A stretch of 35,863 nucleotides of DNA from a virus (Duplodnaviria > Caudoviricetes): positions 1-35,863 of IMG/VR virus record IMGVR_UViG_3300005758_000103; one strand, 5' to 3'. Numbering within the stretch: position 1 is the first letter of the stretch; each line of letters begins with the position of its first letter. Both the position numbers and the translations under genes were made by a program. The notes under the pieces were generated by a model. The model made no database searches and was not told the DNA's origin. It worked only from the letters and a program-made list of their open reading frames with translations. This document shows, one piece after another, positions 8,955-18,813 of the stretch.

Positions 8955-9518
8955 ATGGCGACCGTCGTCTCGATCTGCTCCAACGCTCTCCTCATGCTGG
9001 GCGCCAAGCCCATCAACAGCCTGACGGAAGAGAATGACCGCGCCCGGCTGGCGTCCAACCTCTGGCCCGGCGTCCGCGACGATCTGCTGCGTGCCCATCC
9101 ATGGAACTGCGCCGTCAAGCGCGTGGTGCTCTCGCCCGAGGCGACTGCCCCGGCGTTCGACTATGCCTACCAGTTCACCCTTCCGGGCGACCTGCTGCGC
9201 ATCCTGTCCGTTGGTGAGCGAGGCGAGTATCCCGAGTACCGCGTAGAAGGCCGCAAGGTGCTGGCCGACGAGTCGGTGCTGCGCCTGCGCTACGTCTTCC
9301 AGAACGACAACCCGGCCACCTGGGACGCTGCCCTGGTCTTTGCGGCAGAGACCCGCATGGCGGCAACCATGGCCTATGCGATCACCCAGTCCGCGACCCT
9401 TGCCGAGTCCAAGCGTCAGGAAGCCGAGCTGGCCTTCCGCCGCGCCAAGGCGGTCGACGGCCAGGAGGAGCCCGGCGAGACCGTCGGCGACTTCCGCTTG
9501 CTCAACGTCCGGGGGTAG
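8955..9518 (+). CDS. Tail tubular protein A / adaptor (T7 gp11-like)
   Basis: VSICSNALLMLGA..I, LLRAHPWNCA, YQFTLPGDLLRI. Confidence 0.88.
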   Translation: MATVVSICSNALLMLGAKPINSLTEENDRARLASNLWPGVRDDLLRAHPWNCAVKRVVLSPEATAPAFDYAYQFTLPGDLLRILSVGERGEYPEYRVEGRKVLADESVLRLRYVFQNDNPATWDAALVFAAETRMAATMAYAITQSATLAESKRQEAELAFRRAKAVDGQEEPGETVGDFRLLNVRG

Positions 9519-9521
9519 CCC

Positions 9522-11696
9522 ATGCCCCGCCTCACGATCCAGCAGACCAACTTCACGGCCGGCGAGATCAGCCCGCGCCTGTACGGCCACACCGACATCG
9601 CCCGCTACCAGAACGGCGCACGGGTCATCCAGAACGCGCTGCCGCTGATCCATGGCGGCGTCCGGCGCCGGTACGGCACGCTCTACAGCGCGGCCGCCAA
9701 GAACGCCGCCAAGGCCTGCGTGCTGATCCCCTACGTCTTCAGCCGCGACCAGGCCTACATGCTGGAGTTCGGCGACCAGTACATGCGGGTCTACAAGGAC
9801 GGCGCCCAGGTCATCAAGGGCGGTGTGCCCTACGAGATCAGCACCCCCTACACCGAGGCCATGCTGGACGACATCGGCTTCGTGCAGGGCGCCGACACGA
9901 TGTTCCTGGTGCACCCCAGCGTGTACCCGCAGCGCCTGCGCCGCTTCGATCATGACAACTGGGTGCTGGGCAACGTGCCCTTCGTCACCGAGCCCTTCCG
10001 CGAACTGGGCACCAACCCTGCCCAGACGCTGACCCTGTCCGCCACCACCGGCGCCGGCGTCACCGCGACGGCCGGTGGCGCGGCCTTCCTCGCCTCGGAC
10101 GTGGGCCGCGACATCAGCTTCAACGGCGGCAACGCCACCATCACCGGCTACACCAGCACGACCGTGGTGACCGTGACCGTCACCAGTGCCTTCGAGTCCA
10201 CCAGCATCGCCTCCGGTGCCTGGACCCTGAACGGCACGCCGCAGACGACGTGCACCCCGAGCGCCAAGGATCCTGTCGGCGCCACCATCACGCTGACCAT
10301 CGGCGCGGCCGGCTGGCGCTCCGAGGACGTCGGCAAGCATGTGAAGATCAATGGCGGCCTGTGCAAGATCACGGTGTACACCAGCGCCACCGTGGTCTCG
10401 GCGACCATCGTGCAGGCGCTGACCTCCACCACGGCAGCCGAGGCGGATGCCTGGACGCTGGAGAAGTCCATGTGGGGCGGCTCGAACGGCTACCCCCGGG
10501 CGGTGGCCCTGTACGAGCAGCGCCTGCTGCTGGCCGGCTCGCCGGGCTTCCCGCAGGACATCTGGGGTTCCCGTGCTGCGGGGGAGTACTTCGACTTCAC
10601 GCTGGGCGCGAACGACGACGACGCTTTCGACTTCCAGATTGCGTCCGAAGAGCTGAACCACATCCAGCACCTGACCTCGATCCGCAAGCTGCACCCGCTG
10701 ACGGTGGGCGGCGAGTTCTCCATGTCGAGCACGCTGGACAAGCCGCTGACCGCCACCAACGTGCAGATCCGCAACCAGAGCTTCTACGGTGCCAGCCCGG
10801 TGCGCCCGGTGCGTGCCGGCAACGAGCTGCTGTTCGTGCAGCGTGGCGGCCGCAAGCTGCGCGGCATGGCCAGCACGGCATCTGAGCAGGCAGAGGCCTT
10901 CGGGGCGTCCGACCTGTCCGTCCTGGCGGAGCACATCACCGAGGGCGGCATCGTCTCCATGTGCTTCCAGAAGGAGCCGGATCCGTTCATCTGGGCGGTG
11001 CGCGCCGACGGCGTGCTGCTGTCCGTGACCTTCGACCGCGAGCAGGAGGTCATCGGCTGGGCTCGCCATGTCACCGATGGCGCCTTCGAGTGGGTCGCCT
11101 GCATCCCGACGGCCACCGGCGAGGAAGTCTATGCCGTGGTGCGCCGGACCATCGGCGGCTCGACGGTGCGCTACATCGAGCGCCTGAGTGACACCGTGCG
11201 GTGTGATGCCGCCATCACGGGCACGTCTGTCCCTGGTGCTGCAACCTGGTCTGGCCTGTTCCACCTCGAGGGTAAGGAGGTGGTGGCGGTGGCAGACGGC
11301 GCCTACATGGGCCGGTTCACGGTGTCGGGTGGTCAGATCACCCTGCCGCGCGCTGCCCATGACGTCACGATCGGCCTGCCGTTCTCGGTCAACGTCGAGC
11401 TGCTCACGCCTGAAAAGCCGCTGCCGTCCGGCACGATCCAGGGCAACAGCATGCGGACCGGCGAGGTCAGCATCCACTTCCTGGAGTCCGTGTCCTGCCG
11501 GGTGAATGGCGACGAGCTCAACTTCCGCACCTTCGGCGCCAACCTGCTCGACCAGCCGCCGGTGGCGTTCACCGGCATCAAGCGCATCGAGAGCCTGGGC
11601 TGGGAGCGGGGCGAGTCCGACATCGTCATCACCCAGGACGAGCCGATGCCCCTCCACATCCTTGCGGTGATCCGCAAGTTCACGGTGAACGACTGA
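9522..11696 (+). CDS. Tail tubular protein B / nozzle (T7 gp12-like)
   Basis: QTNFTAGEISPRL, GGVRRRYGT, YPRAVALYEQRL, DLSVLAEHI, EQEVIGWARH. Confidence 0.92.
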   Translation: MPRLTIQQTNFTAGEISPRLYGHTDIARYQNGARVIQNALPLIHGGVRRRYGTLYSAAAKNAAKACVLIPYVFSRDQAYMLEFGDQYMRVYKDGAQVIKGGVPYEISTPYTEAMLDDIGFVQGADTMFLVHPSVYPQRLRRFDHDNWVLGNVPFVTEPFRELGTNPAQTLTLSATTGAGVTATAGGAAFLASDVGRDISFNGGNATITGYTSTTVVTVTVTSAFESTSIASGAWTLNGTPQTTCTPSAKDPVGATITLTIGAAGWRSEDVGKHVKINGGLCKITVYTSATVVSATIVQALTSTTAAEADAWTLEKSMWGGSNGYPRAVALYEQRLLLAGSPGFPQDIWGSRAAGEYFDFTLGANDDDAFDFQIASEELNHIQHLTSIRKLHPLTVGGEFSMSSTLDKPLTATNVQIRNQSFYGASPVRPVRAGNELLFVQRGGRKLRGMASTASEQAEAFGASDLSVLAEHITEGGIVSMCFQKEPDPFIWAVRADGVLLSVTFDREQEVIGWARHVTDGAFEWVACIPTATGEEVYAVVRRTIGGSTVRYIERLSDTVRCDAAITGTSVPGAATWSGLFHLEGKEVVAVADGAYMGRFTVSGGQITLPRAAHDVTIGLPFSVNVELLTPEKPLPSGTIQGNSMRTGEVSIHFLESVSCRVNGDELNFRTFGANLLDQPPVAFTGIKRIESLGWERGESDIVITQDEPMPLHILAVIRKFTVND

Positions 11697-12157
11697 TGAT
11701 CCGCCGCGCTGACTACAACGACATCCCCGACCTGATCGCCATGGGCCGGGAGATGCATGCCGCCTCGCGCTACCGCGTGCTGCCGTTCGCCCCTGAGAAG
11801 CTGTCCGAGCTGCTGCTGGTGCTGATCACCGAGGGCTCGATGGGGGTCGTGCTGGTGGCCGAAGACCAGGGCCGCATCGTCGGCACCATGATCGGCATGT
11901 GCAATCCGTTCTGGGCCAGCGAAGCGCTGGTCGCCACTGACCTCGCGCTCTATGTCGATCCGGCGGCGCGGGGTCTCGGCGTGGCCAAGGCGCTGGCCTG
12001 CTACTTCCGCAGCGAGGCGGAGCAGCGCGGGGCGATGCTGGTGCAGGTTGGCTCCACCACGGGGCTGCCGGGGGCGCCTGACATGTATCGGTCCATCGGT
12101 TTCAAGACGGTCGGCGAGGTGCTGGCCTGGGAGGCGAAAGATGTGCACGGGGCTTGA
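11696..12157 (+). CDS. GNAT-family acetyltransferase-fold protein
   Basis: IRRA...DI; LYVDPAARGLGVAKAL (motif A); MYRSIGF. Confidence 0.85.
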   Translation: MIRRADYNDIPDLIAMGREMHAASRYRVLPFAPEKLSELLLVLITEGSMGVVLVAEDQGRIVGTMIGMCNPFWASEALVATDLALYVDPAARGLGVAKALACYFRSEAEQRGAMLVQVGSTTGLPGAPDMYRSIGFKTVGEVLAWEAKDVHGA

Positions 12158-12656
12158 GGTCGCGCTGCTGGCCGGCACGGCGCTGTCGGCAACTGGCACC
12201 TTGATGCAGGGCTACCAGAACCAGAAGTTCATGGAGTTCCAGGCGGCGCAGGACGAGCAGGCGGCCAAGGCGGAACTGGCGGCCGCCGACATCGAGGCAC
12301 AGCAGATCCGCAAGGCGATGAAGTCGCAGATCGGGGCGGCGCGTGCGGCCTATGGCGCGTCGGGCGTATCGGCAGACAGCGGCACCCCGCTGGTCGTGGA
12401 GCGCGACATCACCGAGGGCGGCGAGTCCGACGCCATGCTGGCGCTGTTGGGCGGCCGGCAGCGCTCTGGCGCCTTGAGGGCGCAGGCCTCGTATGGCCGG
12501 GCCGGTGCGGGGGCGTCCATGCTGGGGGCGGGGATCAGTGCTGGCGGCACCCTGCTGCAGGGCGGATACCAGGCCGGCAAGGGCTGGAAGACCCAGGCCA
12601 CCCCCACGGTGAGTGGAGCCACCTCCTACAACATGCAGCAGCACCTCGGAGGCTGA
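12141..12656 (+). CDS. Internal virion/ejection protein (T7 gp14-like)
   Basis: MCTGLEVALLAGTALSATG N-terminus; Gly/Ala-rich; ARAAYGASGV; GGAGG SD upstream. Confidence 0.8.
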   Translation: MCTGLEVALLAGTALSATGTLMQGYQNQKFMEFQAAQDEQAAKAELAAADIEAQQIRKAMKSQIGAARAAYGASGVSADSGTPLVVERDITEGGESDAMLALLGGRQRSGALRAQASYGRAGAGASMLGAGISAGGTLLQGGYQAGKGWKTQATPTVSGATSYNMQQHLGG

Positions 12657-12657
12657 C

Positions 12658-14685
12658 ATGCCCCAGATCCCTGTCGGCAACTTCGGCAACCGTGGCATGG
12701 ACCGCCCGGTCCAGCCGCGCATTGATGCGGCCGCCATGACCGCCCCGGCCCGTGGCCTTGAGCAACTGGGTGGCACGGTGGCGAACCTCGCCGGCGATGC
12801 CATCGACGAGCGCGAGCGCGAGCAGACCGCCAACGACCGCCTCACCGCGGCCAAGTTCTCGATGGAGTATGAGCAGCGCGCGCAGGAGGTCTCGACGCGC
12901 ATCGTGGAGCGCCTCAACTCCGGCGAGCTCAAGGACGAGGACGAGGCCCGCGAGGCCTTCACTGTGGAACTGTCCGCGCTGGATCAGATCGAGATGCCCC
13001 GCCTCCGCCCGCTGGTGTCGGCAGACCTGCAGGTGGGGCTGGCCGGGGTCAAGGCGAAGGCAGGCGACCAGATCGAGGGCGTGCTGCGCCAGTCCCGCAT
13101 CAACCGCGCCGAGTCGACCTATGCCGGCCTGCTGGACGGCTTCGGCAAGGAGGCCGCCAACCCGACGGCGGACCTGTCCCTGATCGGGCAACGCATCGAC
13201 CTGGCCGCCGAGCAGGCCGTCGCCGCCGGCATGGCCCGGGACCGGGCGACCGCGCTGGCGCAGACGGCGAAGGACAACACCTGGTACCAGCATGGCAACG
13301 AGCGCCTGATCCGCGGCAAGAACAGCATGCAGGCCCTGAACGCGCTGGAGCAGGACCTGACGACCGACGACGGCATGTACCACCAGAAGATGGACACCGA
13401 CCGCCGCAACGCGCTGCTCAACCAGGTGCTGAACGCGAAGGACCGCCTGCAGGCCAAGGCCGAAGCAGCGCTGGCCAAGCGTGAGGCGTCCGCCGGCAAC
13501 TCGCTGGAGAAGATGCGGCAGGTGATCGCCTCCGGCTTCCCGGTCTCGGACTCGCTGCGGCAGAGGGTGGCGGCGGAGACCCGCGGCACCAAGTACGAGG
13601 CCGACTTCCGTGAGGTGCTGCAGGAGGAGCGCGACGTCGCCAACTTCCTCAAGCGCCCGGTGGCGGAGCAGCAGAAGTTCCTCATCGACGCCGAGCGCCG
13701 CTTGCGGGCGGGCGGGGTGTCCGATCCCAAGGAAGTGGCGCTGCTGGGCCGGCTGACCAAGACGTTCAGCAACAACATCACCCGCATGACCGACGAGCCC
13801 ATGGAGTGGAACGAGGCCCGGGGCGGCGAGCCCATGTACCGCATCTCCGTGGCGGACCTGTCTCGGCCGGACGGCCTGCAGCGCCTGGGCGCCACGCTGG
13901 AGGACCGTGTCGCCACCCTGCGCGCCACCAAGCAGCAGTTCGGCGATGTCGTCGGCAACCGGCCGCTGTTCAAGGAAGAGGCGGCGGAACTGGGTGCCGC
14001 CTTCAAGGCCATGAGCCCGAGCGTGCGCGCGCGCAGCCTGGGGCAACTGGCAAAGCTGGTGAACGACCCGGTCGCCTTCCAGGGCATCGTGAAGCAGATC
14101 CTCGGTGATGACCCGGTGGCGTATGCCGCTGGCCTCGCCAACGGCTTCGACTACCGCACCAGTGCCGGCCGGCGCGTCGGCGACCTGATCGAGCAGGGCG
14201 CGATGGTGCTGCGTGACAAGTCGGTCATCGTGCCCCCGAAGGGCGCCGGCGATGACGGCAGCCGGGCCTTCTTCAACCAGGAGGCCGGCGATGCCATCCC
14301 CCCGGGCTCCCAGCAGCGCGACGTCTACTACCAGTCGGCGCTCTCCATCTACGCGAAGATCGCCTCGGAGGAGGGGAAGCTGGGCAAGGAACTGGACAAG
14401 CGCATCATGCGCCGCGCCATCCAGATCGCCACCGGCGGCCTCTACGAGGTGCGTGGCCAGAAGATCGTGGCGCCGCGGTACGGCATGTCCGAAGAGGATC
14501 TGGTGGACAGCGTCAACGTGGCCCTGCGGCAGGCGGCGGACGCCAACGGTCTCGACTATGGCGACCTGCTCGACATGCGCCTGGTTCCGGATGACCGCCG
14601 GCCCGGCCGCTACTTCCTGATGCAGGACGCCATGAACTACCAGCCCGGCAAGGACGGGCGCCCCCTGGCGATCGAGGTCAAGTAA
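12658..14685 (+). CDS. Internal virion/DNA ejection protein
   Basis: MPQIPVGNFG start after GGAGG; long helical protein in the ejection block. Confidence 0.75.
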   Translation: MPQIPVGNFGNRGMDRPVQPRIDAAAMTAPARGLEQLGGTVANLAGDAIDEREREQTANDRLTAAKFSMEYEQRAQEVSTRIVERLNSGELKDEDEAREAFTVELSALDQIEMPRLRPLVSADLQVGLAGVKAKAGDQIEGVLRQSRINRAESTYAGLLDGFGKEAANPTADLSLIGQRIDLAAEQAVAAGMARDRATALAQTAKDNTWYQHGNERLIRGKNSMQALNALEQDLTTDDGMYHQKMDTDRRNALLNQVLNAKDRLQAKAEAALAKREASAGNSLEKMRQVIASGFPVSDSLRQRVAAETRGTKYEADFREVLQEERDVANFLKRPVAEQQKFLIDAERRLRAGGVSDPKEVALLGRLTKTFSNNITRMTDEPMEWNEARGGEPMYRISVADLSRPDGLQRLGATLEDRVATLRATKQQFGDVVGNRPLFKEEAAELGAAFKAMSPSVRARSLGQLAKLVNDPVAFQGIVKQILGDDPVAYAAGLANGFDYRTSAGRRVGDLIEQGAMVLRDKSVIVPPKGAGDDGSRAFFNQEAGDAIPPGSQQRDVYYQSALSIYAKIASEEGKLGKELDKRIMRRAIQIATGGLYEVRGQKIVAPRYGMSEEDLVDSVNVALRQAADANGLDYGDLLDMRLVPDDRRPGRYFLMQDAMNYQPGKDGRPLAIEVK

Positions 14686-15968
14686 TGGCTGGCTGGTTGG
14701 CGGAGACAGGCCCGAGCGCGGGCTTCGCGGCAGAAGAGGCGGAAGCCAACCTCGGCCCGATGTACCAGGAGCCGGGCCTGTTCAAGGGTGCCGGCGAGGC
14801 GCTGGGCAAGGGCGTGATGCGAGGCGGTGCGCTGGCTGCACAGACGGTGTCGCTGGCTGGATCGGTAATCCCGCGCACGCTCGATGCTCTGGTGGGCCAC
14901 GACAACATGACCGGCACCAGCCTGACGGACAAGTGGTTTGCCGCCACCGACGAGACGGTCCGCGGGGCCATTGACTACTGGACGCCGGATCCCCGCACCA
15001 CCGGCAAGGCCGCGCAGGTGCTGGGCGCCGTGTCCGAGTTCGCCATCCCCATGCTGGCCGGCGCCGGCAACCCGCTGGCGACTGCCGTCACCACCAGCGC
15101 CCAGACCACGGTGGCCCAAGGCGCCGACCTCGTGCGCGCCGGGGCCTCTGCCGAGGAAGCGGCAGGCGTGGCCGCGGTGCAGGGCCTGGCCAACCTGATC
15201 GGCGTCGGCATTGCCACCAAGGGCGCCACCGTCATGCAGCGGGCCGCGTTCGGCGCCGGCTCGAACCTCGCCATCAACGTGCCGGCCGATGCCGCCAGCG
15301 CCGCGATCCTGAGCGACAACGCCCAGCTGGCGCAGCGGTACAACCCATTCAACATCGAGGCGCGTGCCGCTGACCTGATCGTGGGCGCGCTCTTCGGCGC
15401 CATGACCAAGGGGCCGGTGAAGACGGCCGACATGGATGCCGCGCTCACGCACCGCCAGGCCGCGCACGCGCAGTACGATGCCGCCCCCGGCAAGATCACG
15501 TCGCCGGCAGAGGCGAAGGCGCACATGGACGCCATGGAGACCGCGCAGGCCGACGTGCTGGCCGGGCGCATGCCGGACGTGGAGCTCAAGGGGCTGGCGC
15601 CGGACCCAGTAAAGCTGCAGCAGGAGGCCGCCCTGCGTGCCGCTATCGACGACGAGACCGGCCAGCTGCGCCTGATGCTGGAGGACGAGCCGCTGGCACG
15701 CGAGACGCCGGTCGAGGGCTCCATGCGCCAGATGGTGCTGCAGAGTGCCGACGACCTGCCGGAACCGGTGCAGCGCATCGTGGCCGATAACCCTGACCTG
15801 CCGCTGGCCCGCGTGGTCGACGACGGCCAGCCGGCCGATGGCCAGAACGTGAAGTACCAGACCGCCCGTGAGGCGCTGGAGGAAGTCGAGCTCGAAGCCA
15901 GGCAGGCGGACGAACTGTCCCGCGGCTACGAGGCGGCGATTAACTGTTTCCTGGGCGGAGGTGCCTGA
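14685..15968 (+). CDS. Virion structural/ejection protein (epsilon15-like)
   Basis: YWTPDPRTTGKAAQVLG motif, Ala/Gly-rich hydrophobic core, C-terminal AAINCFL. Confidence 0.7.
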   Translation: MAGWLAETGPSAGFAAEEAEANLGPMYQEPGLFKGAGEALGKGVMRGGALAAQTVSLAGSVIPRTLDALVGHDNMTGTSLTDKWFAATDETVRGAIDYWTPDPRTTGKAAQVLGAVSEFAIPMLAGAGNPLATAVTTSAQTTVAQGADLVRAGASAEEAAGVAAVQGLANLIGVGIATKGATVMQRAAFGAGSNLAINVPADAASAAILSDNAQLAQRYNPFNIEARAADLIVGALFGAMTKGPVKTADMDAALTHRQAAHAQYDAAPGKITSPAEAKAHMDAMETAQADVLAGRMPDVELKGLAPDPVKLQQEAALRAAIDDETGQLRLMLEDEPLARETPVEGSMRQMVLQSADDLPEPVQRIVADNPDLPLARVVDDGQPADGQNVKYQTAREALEEVELEARQADELSRGYEAAINCFLGGGA

Positions 15969-18484
15969 TGGCGGCGGATGGTGGATGCAAGGGTGCGGTG
16001 ACCAAGGCGGTCGGCCGCGAGATCTCCGATGCCGAGTTCGAGAAGGTCCGGGCCGACATCGATACCACCCTGCGCCGGCTGTGGCGGCAGGAGCCGGACA
16101 CGCTGCGCCAGATGAGCAAGGCAGACCAGCAGCGCTATGCTGCCCGGGTGGCGGCCGACCAGCTGCTCGCCGAAGCAGCGCGCAAGAAGCGCAACCTGGC
16201 CCTGAGCATCGCCACGCAGGCCGACAACGTCGCCTACTTGCAGGCCAAAGGCATGACCTTCGCCGCGCTAAATGACGCGCTGGCGTTCAACAGCTCGCTG
16301 GCCGGCGACGGCCCGGGCCGCATCTCCGTGGAGTCGGAGGCGCAGGCCATCTCGAACATGGCCAAGTCGGAACTGCTCGACCTGGTCGAGGCGGCCAACG
16401 GCAAGTTCTTCGGCTTCATCGAGGACGGCGAGCAAGTACGTCAGTTCATGCGGGCGCTGTGGGGCGAGGGCACTGACAACCCGGCCATGGCCAAGGCGGT
16501 GCAGGCATGGCGCAAGGTCACCGACGACCTGCGCGAGCGCTTCAACCGGGCGGGCGGCGACATCGGCAACCTGGGCGACCTGTGGCATTTGCCGCAGGGC
16601 CATGACGCGGCGCGCATCGCCATCGCCGGATTCGATGAGTGGGCCGATGCGATCATGCCGAAGCTCGACCGCCGGCAGTACCTGAATGCCGACGGCACCC
16701 GCATGTCGGACACCGAGCTGCGTGACTTCCTGTCGGCGGCTTTCGACAGCATCACCACCAACGGCGCCAACCGGCTGGTGCCAGGGCAGGCCAAGGGCAA
16801 GGGCTCGCGCGCCAACCGCCACCGCGAGAGCCGCCAGATCTTCTTCAAGGACGCCGACGCCTACCTCGACTACCAGCTGCAGTTCGGCTCCGGCGATGTC
16901 TACGGGCTGCTGTTCAACCACATCGACGGCATGTCCAAGGACATCGCCCTGGTGGAGGCCTTCGGCCCGAACCCGGAGGCGCAGGTCCGCCTGCTGATCG
17001 ACATGGTGCACCAGGAGCGGGTGATGGCCGACCGCACCGGCGCGACCGAGCGGATCTACGATGCCCAGCGCTGGCGCACCAATGCGCTGTTCGAGGAGGT
17101 CGCCGGCATCGGCATGGGTCCGGCCAACGCAGGCTGGGCCGGGCGGTTGGCGTCGTTCCGCTCGTGGGTGACCGCGTCGAAGCTGGGCTCTGCCATCCTG
17201 TCGTCGATCACCGACCACGCCACGATGGTGACCACGGCCCGGCTCTGGAACCTGCCCGAGATGCAGATGTACCGGAACTACCTGAAGACGCTGAACCCGG
17301 CCAACGTCGACGAGCGCCGGTTCCTGCAGCGGCAGGGCCTGGCCATCAATACCTTCGCCGCGGCGCTGGACCGCTTCTCCGGCGAGTACGGGGGCGCCCG
17401 GTCGCACAAGATCGCCAACGCCGTGATGCGCGCCTCCGGCCTGACCGCCATCACCGAGGCCCGCCGCCGCGCCTTCTCCGCGACCATGATGTCCGCCCTC
17501 GGGCATCTGGCGAAGAACAAGGCATGGGACCAGCTCGACGCCTCGGACCTCAAGTTGCTGAAGGCCAAGGGCATCACCCCGGAGACCTATGGCATCTGGC
17601 AGAAGGCCAAGCTGCAGACCTCGCCGGACTACGAGGGCGGACTGCTGTCGGGCCGTGCGATCATGGACATCGCTGACGACGTGGTGCCGTATGCCAAGCG
17701 CCAGAAGGCCGCCAGCCAGTTGATGGCCCTGGTGCTGGAAGAGCAGAACATGGCGGTGATCGAGGCCGGCGCACGCGAGCGCTCTCTGCTCTACGCCGGC
17801 ACCAAAAAGGGCACCCTCGCCGGTGAGCTCACCCGCTCGTTCATGCAGTTCAAGACCTTCCCGTTGGCCATGCTGACCCGCCACTGGAAGCGCGGCCTCT
17901 CCATGCCGAACGGTGGCGGGAAGGCCGGGTATCTGGCGTCCCTGTTCGTGATGTCCACTCTCACCGGCGCCATGGCGATGGAGATCAAGTCCATCATGGA
18001 CGGCAAGGACCCGCGTGACCTGTGGGAGACGGATGACCCTGTGCGCCTCGCCAAGACCTGGAGCGCGGCCGCCATGCAGGGCGGGGCGCTGGGCATCTTC
18101 GGCGACTTCCTCACCAGCTCCACCAGCCGCACCGGTTCCGACTTCATGTCTACCGTGTCCGGCCCCGGCCCTGGCCTGGTCGGCGATGTCGGCAACCTCG
18201 TGATCGGCAACATGGCCGCGGCCGCGATGGGCGAGGAGACGGACGTCGGCGCCGACACGGTGCGGATCGTGCGCGGCCTCGTGCCGGGCTCCTCGCTCTG
18301 GTACGCCAAGGCGGCGTTCAACAACCTGGTGTTCTTTCAGCTGCAGGAGTTGGCCAGCCCCGGCTACCTTGACCGCATGCGCCGGCGTGTCCAGCGCGAC
18401 ACCGGGCAGGATTTCTGGTGGACCCCCGGCGAACTGGCGCCCGAGCGCGCCCCCGACATGACCCAGATGGCAGGAGGTAGCTGA
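15968..18484 (+). CDS. Large virion structural/ejection protein (epsilon15-like)
   Basis: C..AVTKAVGR N-terminus, RFNRAGGDIG, DIALVEAFGPNP, GELTRSFMQFKTFP, QGGALGIFGDFL, FWWTPGELAPERAPD. Confidence 0.8.
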   Translation: MAADGGCKGAVTKAVGREISDAEFEKVRADIDTTLRRLWRQEPDTLRQMSKADQQRYAARVAADQLLAEAARKKRNLALSIATQADNVAYLQAKGMTFAALNDALAFNSSLAGDGPGRISVESEAQAISNMAKSELLDLVEAANGKFFGFIEDGEQVRQFMRALWGEGTDNPAMAKAVQAWRKVTDDLRERFNRAGGDIGNLGDLWHLPQGHDAARIAIAGFDEWADAIMPKLDRRQYLNADGTRMSDTELRDFLSAAFDSITTNGANRLVPGQAKGKGSRANRHRESRQIFFKDADAYLDYQLQFGSGDVYGLLFNHIDGMSKDIALVEAFGPNPEAQVRLLIDMVHQERVMADRTGATERIYDAQRWRTNALFEEVAGIGMGPANAGWAGRLASFRSWVTASKLGSAILSSITDHATMVTTARLWNLPEMQMYRNYLKTLNPANVDERRFLQRQGLAINTFAAALDRFSGEYGGARSHKIANAVMRASGLTAITEARRRAFSATMMSALGHLAKNKAWDQLDASDLKLLKAKGITPETYGIWQKAKLQTSPDYEGGLLSGRAIMDIADDVVPYAKRQKAASQLMALVLEEQNMAVIEAGARERSLLYAGTKKGTLAGELTRSFMQFKTFPLAMLTRHWKRGLSMPNGGGKAGYLASLFVMSTLTGAMAMEIKSIMDGKDPRDLWETDDPVRLAKTWSAAAMQGGALGIFGDFLTSSTSRTGSDFMSTVSGPGPGLVGDVGNLVIGNMAAAAMGEETDVGADTVRIVRGLVPGSSLWYAKAAFNNLVFFQLQELASPGYLDRMRRRVQRDTGQDFWWTPGELAPERAPDMTQMAGGS

Positions 18485-18813
18485 TGCGCGACGATCAGAT
18501 CACCCGGCTCCATGAGCTGGCGGAAGAGGTGGCGGAGGTGTTCATCGCCGAGGCAGACCCGCGCTTCTGGAGCGGCGCCGGCATGGAGCTTGCCAACATG
18601 GACCCGGAGACCCGCGGCGGTCGCTACTGGGACAAGAAGAACGCCATCCAGACCGGCACGCTGCTGGCCCGCGTGCTGGACCTGGCAGTCCGTGACGAGC
18701 GCAGGAGCCCGGAAGGCGCCACGACCGAGGAAGACGCAGAGAAGGAGATCGCCCGCTTTGAGTCCAAGGCCAAGGACCTGCTGAAGAATGTCCAGCAGCG
18801 CGGCCGCCACTAA
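18484..18813 (+). CDS. Probable terminase small subunit
   Basis: 109-aa helical protein overlapping the TerL start; positional inference. Confidence 0.55.
   Translation: MRDDQITRLHELAEEVAEVFIAEADPRFWSGAGMELANMDPETRGGRYWDKKNAIQTGTLLARVLDLAVRDERRSPEGATTEEDAEKEIARFESKAKDLLKNVQQRGRH

Noticed and set aside
8883-11657. 924-aa antisense ORF, and similar long ones at 4350-5708, 12535-14046, 16268-17884, 19535-21319, 30199-31743 and 31635-33173
   Set aside because: Shadow ORFs expected opposite GC3-biased genes; no recognisable motifs, and the opposite strand has clear phage genes.
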